This document shows, piece by piece, positions 54,555 to 64,000 of a stretch of 64,000 nt of DNA (its first letter is position 1; each line of letters begins with the position of its first letter). The translations under genes and the position numbers were made by a program. Where the stretch lies: assembly GCA_964016885.1 (NCBI GenBank), contig OZ024746.1:80848001-80912000 (forward strand), read 5' to 3'. The notes beneath the pieces are model-generated. The model saw nothing but the letters and a program-made list of their open reading frames with translations, was not told where the DNA came from and did not search any database. Source of the DNA: Eledone cirrhosa (lineage: Eukaryota).

Positions 54555-54835
54555 AATGATGGTGTTGGTTTTGGTGGTGGCAATGATTGAGATGATAATA
54601 ATGATGATGATGATGGTGATGGTGATGGTGATGATGATGATTGTGATGATGATGATGATGATTGTGATGATGATGATGATTGTGATGATGATTGTGATGA
54701 TGATGGTGATGGTGATGGTGATGGTGATTGTGATGATGATTGTGATAATGTTTGTGATGATGATGATGATGATGATGAAAATTGTGATAATGTTTGTGAT
54801 GATGATGGTAACGATGATGATGATAATGATGGTGA
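54555..54835. repeat. (GAT/GGT)n compound microsatellite extending an RTE-type tail
   Basis: Follows 'tgctagcatggaaagcagacataaaa'. Explains the poly-His ORF. Confidence 0.9.
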
Positions 54836-54944
54836 ATTTCAGTCTGCAGTGAGTAGCTTCCATCTCTTGTAAAAATAAAATCTTCCAAAAGTCAAAGCAG
54901 CATATACAATATATTAATTTCAACACACACACACGCACACACAC

Positions 54945-54989
<45 letters not shown>

Positions 54990-55656
54990 TGTATGTATTT
55001 GATTTGCAAGATTCTTAATGCATTTTTTTTTTATTCGCAATACTGGCAACATGACCATCCCCAAATAATATATATATAATTAGCCACTGTTGTATATATA
55101 TATATATATATATACACATACAACAGTGGCTAATTAGAACAGAAACAGCTTATTAATTTAATTAAAAGTAAATTACTCATGTTTCAGAGGAGAAAAAATG
55201 AAATGTGTTTTTAAATTTCTATTTGTTGCATGAAGAAACATTCAGACTAGCAGATTATATTACTCTGAATATTTAATTTAAATTTATTGCAATACCACTG
55301 CTGCTGCTACTACTACTACTACTACTTTCTTTTCTTCCTCCTTTTTCTTCTCTTTCTCCCCTTATCCCTCTATCCTTTGGAAGTGATGAAGTCTAGAATA
55401 GGCCAGCATTACTTGCTTTGTACAGGATCACTTATGCAAGTAAAATATTGATAGCAATACAAACACTGCAGCAAAATTAACATAATTATTGCTAGAAATA
55501 GCTTGGCTAGTTATTATGACTTTTAACTCTTAACACCCATTACCCATGACCATCAAGGCTAATTAAGCAGCCAATCAACTTGGGTACAGACCACAGAGAT
55601 GTATATTACTGAACCTTGCAGATCATAGTTTTAGACAAAATTGTATCATCAACTTA

Positions 55657-55995
55657 CCGTACATATGTGTATTTAAGCTGAGAAATATATGGCTACATTT
55701 GATGGAAATATGGAGTCAAATTATATTCGAGGTTAATATTTTGCCAATTTTCACCAACTTCAAATTCTATATAAATTAAGGTGCCAAGGGGGGAAAAAAA
55801 AATAATTACTAAATGACGCTTAAACCATTTTAAATATCAAAATATTAAAACTTCATAAATATATTTTCCACTCGCGAGAATTACATCTAAACATATTGTG
55901 TTGATTAGCTGCCTTGGCTTATACACAGGGTTACTCAGACATAAAATAAGGGGGTCAGCTTAAATTCTCATTGGCTTATATTCGAGGATATATAG
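55657..55995. mobile_element. Degenerate Tc2/pogo-like MITE with TA flanks
   Basis: TA|ccgtacatatgtgtatttaagc ... gcttatattcgaggatatatag|TA imperfect TIRs. Confidence 0.6.
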
Positions 55996-58347
55996 TACAT
56001 ATATAATAATTTCTTATGAAGAATAATTCACTAAACATCTGTGCCATATTGTAGAAATATCCAAAGTGATGTCAAGGGTCATTTGATGCTATGATCTGTA
56101 ACATAATTTGGCATGGGTGAGTGTGAACTGTGTAGTAGAAAATGCAAGCTTAGTAATTTTCTTAGTGTAGTCAGGGTAAGATATATAAAAAACTAGGACT
56201 CTCAGCTTGCTAAACTGTAAGTTGAAATTATTTTATTTGGGAGAATGAAGTGCATAACTGGGAGAAGAAGAAGGGGGCACACATTGTAGGACTATCCAAG
56301 GATACTAAATAACCAGGTGCCAACTTTGCATGTACCACATGAAACCACATTAGCAAGGCATTCTTGAAAAGTGTAAAATAGCTCTATAACTGCATTGCAT
56401 TAAAAATTAAACTCTTTACTCTAATACTACACATTTTCAAAACGATCATTCCACAAGTAAATATCCTATAAGCATTTGCATTTATAAATCCATTTTTAGA
56501 TATTGTTTACTAAGGTCTGACAGGCACTGTCATAAAGCAAGCATTTTAATCTTGGGCATTTTAAACTTGGCAGAGTACACCAAATTATTTCCAATGAAAG
56601 AGAAAAGAAGTGAGATAGATAGATAGATAGATAGGGAGGGGATATTCATTACAGTACTGAACTGGTACTTTATTTAACAGCCTCAAAAGGATGTAAGGCA
56701 AAGTTGATTTTGGCAGGATTTGAACTTGGAATGCAGAAAGCTGGAATACATACTGAGAAGCAACCTATCACACATTCTAACAACTCAGCCAATTCGTCAT
56801 CTATGAGAGTTAATTAGGCATAAACAAAAGTTGAGTATGAAGAGCCTAAGGGAGATGAACAATGTATTTGCAATGAGATATGAACTCAAAACCTATTAAC
56901 TAAGTGTCAGTTATCTTATTCACTTATCCATATTGCTTATGAATTTCTGAAATTAATGCATAATATTTTGAAATTAGTTAAATATTTTTGCCTTAGGACA
57001 CAACAAAATGCAACAAAATAAGCAATGGATGTTTTCTCTTTATCTTCTTTTTCTTTATTTTGTTTCTTTGTTGTTCTTTCGTTGCCATGATTGTGTTTTG
57101 ATTAATTTATGAAGAATTTGGAGAGATTTACTAAAATTGTTGAATATTTCATCACTAAGATAAAAGTTTAACATATGGTTCATAAATAAAATCATGTTAA
57201 TAGATTTTCATTTAAAATAAGAACCCTTCCTTTGAAATGGATGATTTTTTTTTTCATTGACTGATTTGGTTTGAAATAGATTAACCATTTCATTTCCCAA
57301 CATCCTCTCTTCCTTCTTTCTCCTTCTTGTTCTGTCTCCACCTCCTCCTCATACACCCTCCTCTATCTCCTTATTTATTTTACTAAATTCCTCCCAATTT
57401 TTTTATATTTTCAAAATTAATTAAAACATATACAATGTTTTTTATTAGTAATATGGTGATGAAAGAGTTAACCTATTAGAATCTACATCTACCACAAATG
57501 TTCATAATATCTATTTCATAAAACTATTTAATTAGTAAATCATATCGTTAATGAATAGATACTTATCAGCTTATACTTGGAAGCATTCCTAATTGTTACT
57601 AGGTACAAACTTCCTGTGTATCAATTTTGCTATCATTGAGTTAAGAAGGAGTGTAGTATTTAATGGCAGTGGTTGCTGTTGTTGTTGTTAAAAGAAAAAT
57701 TGTGGAAGGAAATGCTATATATTGAATCCTCCTCGTCATCATATATCTGCTTTCCATGCTGGCATGGGTTGGGCAGGTCATCATGATCTAAGACAAGACA
57801 GTTTGGATACCATGCCATGCTTATATGTTCCGTATTTTGACATGCTTTTACATCTGGATGTTTTTTTTCATATCAATGACTTTACAGAGTGTACTTGGTA
57901 CATTTTATTATAGCACCAGAACTAGAGAGGTTGTTATTCCCGAAAAACTTGGAGGGTCCTCTCTACTATGCATTGTTTCTGTTTGATCACCAACCACGTG
58001 TACTTGGTGCGTTGGCATCAACACTAAAGAGATTTTCAGTAACAAAAAAATTTGGCAGAAGTATTCAGGTGTTGGATGAAGTTCTTTTAGCATTTATTCA
58101 AGCTCCTTGAATTCATAGCTAGCCAAAATCAACTTTGTCTCTCATCCTTCTGGGATCAGTAAATAAAATCTGATTCTTTGTATTCTTTGTATTCCCTACA
58201 TGGGCGGCAGTGGACTTATTCTGAACTTTGGGTGGTTTTAGCTGTGTTCCCTCATGCCAGGACTCCAGCTTGAGGATACTTTTCCCCCCATCAGTATCAG
58301 AGGCCCTGAAATTTGTGATGGGTACTACCCTTCCTCCTGTTATATAT

Positions 58348-58892
58348 GGATTGGCAGAATCGGTAGAGCGTCGGACTCCATGTTAGGGCGGTGGATTGGC
58401 AGTATCGGCAGAGGGTCGGACTCCATGCTAGGGTGGGAGATTGGCAGTATCGGCAGAGGGTCGGACTCCATGCTAGGGCGGTGGATTGGCAGTATCGGCA
58501 GAGGGTCGGACTCCATGTTAGGGTGGGAGATTGGCAGTATCGGTAGAGGGTCGGACGCCATGCTAGGGTGGGAGATTGGCACTATCGGTAGAGGGTCGGA
58601 CGCCATGCTAGGGTGGGAGATTGGCAGTATCGGCAGAGGGTCGGACTCCATGTTAGGGTGGGAGATTGGCACTATCGGTAGAGGGTCGGACGCCATGCTA
58701 GGGTGGGAGATTGGCAGTATCGGCAGAGGGTCGGACTCCATGCTTTCCAGCATAGAGTTACGTCCCTTTACGATCTGAGTTCAAATCCCGCCGAGGTTGA
58801 CTTTGCCTTTCATCCTTACGGGGTCGATAAAATAAAGTACCAGTAATGCACTGGGTAATTGCTGGCCTTGTGCCAAAAGTAGAAACAATTAT
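58348..58892 (+). mobile_element. Family A SINE with nine tandem 45-bp copies of its 5' head
   Basis: The '(g/a)gattggca' anchor recurs every 45 bp from 58348 to 58708. The last copy continues into the B-box, centre and tail. Confidence 0.93.
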
Positions 58893-58896
58893 TTAT

Positions 58897-59110
58897 TACT
58901 GTCATCCAACTCCAATTGGTGTCACTATGAGACTCCTCCATGTAGTGCAGTCATGCATCATGTTTATCAAGACACTTTCATGTAGTCCAATGTGTTCTTC
59001 AATGATTTTCTTGAGGGTCAGGTTTGGATGATTGTGTCTAAGGGTGACATTGGGGGATCATAACAGAACTCTCACAGCAACTTCACTGTCTCATTACATA
59101 TCCAGCAAGA
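58897..59110 (-). mobile_element. Degraded 3' coding fragment of another RTE-like LINE
   Basis: Reverse translation resembles 'TLKKIIEEHIGL...LINMMHDCTTWRSLI', the RTE C-terminal ...M.DR..WR pattern. Confidence 0.4.
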
Positions 59111-62100
59111 GCTAGATGCTGCTTTCTTATGACAATTGCAATCTTCAGAAGATGGCCATATAAGTGATAAAAGGACAAAGATGTTAAAAAGGTGTTACAT
59201 AATTTTTCAATGGATATTTAGCCCCAAAGCTCTTGTATGTGTTGAGTTAGAGAAAAAATGTTAAAATCTTTTTTTCTATCACATTGTATAGTTTTAGGAT
59301 GTGATTTCTATGACATCGTAAAGTTTTAGGATGTGATTTCACTGCTGAGGACAGTTAATATTTATGTTTATAATTATGTTTACAGAGATGGAAGTCTCCT
59401 TTATTGACAATATCAATGAAGTAGTCAGAAAAGAGTTTTTGTTGTTGTTACTGTATTAATGATGCAACTCTAACCAAGTTGCTGCTTAGCCAAATCTTAG
59501 GCTTAACTTATCTGTTTTTTAATCTGCAAAATCTTTTAAAAGGTATCTTCATATTTTGGAAACTTCATGAGTCATGAAAGAATGTTTTTCAACAAATTGT
59601 AAGCTTGCATCCTATTTTTAATCAACAGCATAATTATAATTATTACCATCATTAATTTTTTTGGTTTTTACTTAGTCCTTGACATTTAATATCTGAGTTT
59701 CCACCAATGAAAGTAAGGCCTCATTCATGTCTTTCAGTAACAATTTTCTGCTCAATCTTATTCAGCACCAATAGTAAAATTCCATGAATATACACATATA
59801 TGCATGCATGCATGTATGTATGTATGTATATATGGTAGTGATGGTAGGGTTGTATCAGTGGTGTGTGTATTGTTAGTGGTGGAGGAAATGTGTATGTAGT
59901 AGTAATGATAGTAGTGTTGTGTATGTGTATGGCTAAATTCCATTGATGAGAGAGTGAACAGTTTACAGTTTCAACTCAATTTTGAAACATTGCGAAGCCT
60001 AATTGATTTAGACCCAAACTAGTTATGGTATGTGAACTAATGGTAATCTGTTGCTAATCCATATAGTTTAGTGAGAGATTGTTGACTGTGACCGACTTTA
60101 TAATAGATTACTCTGAGAACGTTTTTGATTTTTAATCCATTATAGTGAGTAAATATAGTTGTATGTTTTTGTAAATTCATTGTTTAGTTTTGGTGGTGGT
60201 TGAAGGCTGATATCTAAGTGTAATTCATTATATAAATAGTTAATGTAAATATAAATATTTCTGTTGATTAACAGTATTATTTTTATTAGGGTGGTCGATT
60301 GGTAGAATCATTAGAACATCAGGCAAAATGCTTTGCTTCATTTAGTTACTGCTCATTACATTTTTAGTTGAAACCTCGTCAAGGTCAACTGTGCCTTTCA
60401 TCTTTCTGGGGTCGATAAAATAGAGTACCGTTAAAGTAATCAAGTTCCCACCTCTACAAAATTAATGGCCGTGTGCCTATTTTAGAAGCATTCATTGGTG
60501 TAGTTACAATAGTGTTGTTTGTAAGACATTCACATCTAACATAGATGCTGAGAAGGGTTCAATCATCATCATCATCATAATCATCGCTGTTGGCAGCTGT
60601 GGTGTCATTATCATCATTATCACTATTGTCATAATTTTTATGTTGTTTTTACATGTTTGCATAGGTTGGATGGGACTTTTTCATGCAGTGTTTTACAGTC
60701 AGATGCCCCCTCTAACATTAACCCTTTTAGATGTCTCTTGCTGCATACAGAGTCACAATGTACTTATTCTAAAACTGAGAAATGCTAACAATACCATTGA
60801 TGATGGTATTAAGGTTTTTGACCTTACACTACTGAAAGAGTAATTCATTCATTTAGCAATGAATTAATTCTCTAAATGTTTCATATCTTTTCCTGTCTAT
60901 ATTATATCTGTTATGAACTTTCTATCTATTAATCAGTATTATTAGCTTTGAGGCTAGCATAGATTGCAATTGGTGCACACAGCAGTATTTATCTGTCTGA
61001 TTCTCTCTCATTTATATTTTCCTCCATGACACTTAAAATGCCTAAATCAGATTTAATTACTCAGTTGCATTTGTCTGAAATTGTATGTTAAAACTGAAAT
61101 AATTGCATCATTGTAGGGTCATGATAGACCTTTGAAAAAACACCTGCACTGTTATTTTCACATTTTGTAGTATTTTATAATATTTTAACATTTTAAATTT
61201 TTTAAACAGTATTGTATACATTGGTTGCTGATATTCATTCTTTTATATCTCAGACACAGATTTAATGTAAGCAACGAATTTACAGAACAGTTAAAGACTC
61301 AGATAAAATACCCTGTGGTATTTATTTTTGATCCTTGTATTCTGAGTTCAAATTTTGCTAGGATTAACTTTGCCTTTCATCCTTCTGAAGAAGTTAATAT
61401 ATAAAGTCTCATTCTAGGGCAGTGAACTGGTAGAATGATTAGTATTGGATAGGACACCTAGGGATGTTTGTTCTGGCATTCAGATTCCGAGTTCAAATCC
61501 TGCTGTGGTCTATTTGGGTGATAGACTTAACTCATTACCCATGGGTGACTTTAGTGAAGTTTACTTTATTGCAAGCATTTCGATCAAGTTACCAGGCTTT
61601 TGATTTAGGATTAGGTTCCTCCATCCTTCTGGTCAGTCTAAGTAATAAAAATAAAATTGTATTACATCCCTAGACTGATATCTATCCTGAGCACCATGTA
61701 CTTCCTGCTAAAGCAATTTCTCAGTTCATGCAACATATTCTCATAACAATGTATACACCATAAGAGTTGACTGTTGCATATACCAGCTAATACTATTTAT
61801 GAACCAACAAAGAAGCATCTACTTATGTGGCATTTTGATCTGCTAAAAATACCAGCAAAATACCCCTCAAATCACACCACACTGTCTTAGAAAAGGGAAG
61901 GATATATATTAGATAATATAACTTTACATACTCATAACTAGACATCTATGGTTAAAGTCAGGCCTTTAATCTTGGTGTGTGTTCGATTAGAGCTTATCAG
62001 TATATCTAAATACACTGTCTTCCCCTTATCTCTCTTTCATCTCTTATTTGCACTCAACCTGTTTCTTATCATGTAATAGAAAGATATTAATTCATAAGAT

Positions 62101-63400
62101 GTTTGAAGTAGCTAGGACACCCCAAACAACTAATATAAATATCATTCTGTTAGCAGTGACAGATTTAGGCTTAAGCTAAATAAGCTACAGTATGTGTATC
62201 ACAATTTGTAGAAGCCTTAAAATAATTAAAATGTATGGATATGCTTTCAATTTTTGTGAAATCTTCTCATGTGATTTTTTAACAAGAGGCCTCTGAAATT
62301 TACATAAGCTTAGATTCTCACCAAATTTAAAGCCAGCACTGCTTTTGCATATATCAAGTGGTAAGTTAGTAGACTTAATCATTTAATCAACACTTTCAAT
62401 TGATTATAAATTCAAAGTGCTGCAATCTATTAATCTATTCAACCACTTGTATCTCATTTACATTTTACTTGAATCAGTGACAAATGTTTTGTAACCAGAT
62501 CAATAATACAAACTGTTTGATCAAAGTATTTTATGACTCTTTGAAAGAAAACTAGTTGAAAGAGTTGTGTGAACAGAGATAAATTATACTGTGTCAAAAT
62601 ACATTTGAAAATTGTGTGTGATGCCTAATGTTGAGTTCTTTAAATTCATTAAAATATGTTTTCCAGACAACATTGGTTAATATATGTGTGTGTGTTTGTG
62701 ATGAAGTAAGATATTGAATGAGATGTGAAATGTTAGTTAGTGAATGCTAATCAAGATGAACACATGCATTCATATGCACACATACACATACGTGTGCATC
62801 ATTTAAAAAAAAAATTGATTTTCACTAGATTAAGACAAAAGCCTGTACATATTTATTTCATTTCCAAATCTATTAGCAAAGCAGTTGATTGGCAAAGTTG
62901 TTAAAATACTGGATAAGATGCACTGCAATATATACTTCAGCACTCTCTACTCTGAGTTCAAGTCATGTAGAGGTTTATTTTGACTTTCATTTTTTCAAGG
63001 AGTCAACAATGAAAATACCAGCCTATTGCTGGTGCATCTTAAATTCCCTCTAGCTGTCACATTCTAGATGTTCCACTCGATCAACTTTGGGAAAATTTGA
63101 CTCTACAGACACACTGCCAAGTCATGTTGGAGAATTATATTTAGTTGTAGGCCTTAAATGGCTTTTCCTAAAGATCAAACAACTTGCTAAAGACATGAAA
63201 GTGTCCCTCACCATTATTTATTTCTTAATAATGCTATGTAATAATAACTATAACAGAACTTTTCAAATAATTACACATCTTAAAATTCAAGGCTGGTTAA
63301 CTTTGATAGAGCAAAATAAAAAATCTGAAGTAATCAGCGATGAAGTATCGCAAAAAATTAATCCATGATATATATATTTAGAGAGAGAGAGAGAGAGAGT

Positions 63401-63440
<40 letters not shown>

Positions 63441-64000
63441 TGTTTGATCAATTTCAGAAATGAGAAATCTTTGCATTGTAAATCTTTGCCTTTCATGAAG
63501 AAGAAAGTGAGAAATTTGTAATGTTGCTTTGGTTAAAGGCAAATAAAAATAAAGTAATAGGAGCCAAACCTAACCTCCTTCAAAATGACACAAATGGCAT
63601 TGTTGTCAGAGGTACACTAAAATCTGGAATCTGAGAACTCTGACAACCCCAGCAACAATATCACTTTCTCCCCACTCCCGTTCTCACTCCCAAACAAAGG
63701 GCAAGTGTACAAAATTAGATTCTACATTTCTCATGACAGCTGAACTTATCAATTTCTTCTAAGAATTATTCTAGTAAATTTGATGACAAATCTAATTTTA
63801 GAATTATTTCTAGTTCAAATCACACCAAAGATAACTTTGCCTTTCATCCTTCCATGGTAGGTAAAATAAAGTACCAGTCAAGTATTGTGGTCAATATAAT
63901 TGACTTCCTCCTCTCTCTAAATTGCTAGCCTTGTGCCTAAATTAGAAACCATATTTGTTAAGACTCAATTTATAGCTATTTGGATATCAATAACTGTTTC

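Noticed and set aside
54379-54888. Poly-His ORF (also 48542-48898)
   Set aside because: Trinucleotide microsatellite artefact.
58348-58750. CRISPR-like regular array (also 42530-42750 and 1-645)
   Set aside because: The units are contiguous with no unique spacers, there are no cas genes, and the context is eukaryotic.

Overview
AT-rich, repeat-saturated eukaryotic (animal) DNA with no intact host protein-coding ORF. The SINE, RTE and microsatellite landscape resembles that of a coleoid cephalopod such as Octopus (inference from repeat families, not verified). Almost all long ORFs in the supplied track are artefacts of micro- and minisatellites. Real coding content is transposon-derived: a near-intact ~3.65 kb Penelope-like retroelement (Naiad-type RT plus C-terminal GIY-YIG endonuclease, 394-bp pseudo-LTRs, one homopolymer frameshift) at 20011-23665 (-), several RTE LINE 3' fragments, a decayed mariner transposase and a CRE-like endonuclease remnant. 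There are also at least three tRNA-derived SINE families and several TTAA- and TA-flanked MITE families. The most unusual signal is about ten hammerhead-ribozyme-like motifs. Six of them form head-to-head pairs inside palindromes, the best being a 413-bp near-perfect palindrome at 35943-36355 with a canonical minimal hammerhead on each strand. A strong 13-nt microexon candidate at 51233-51245 suggests the window is intronic to a large + strand gene.
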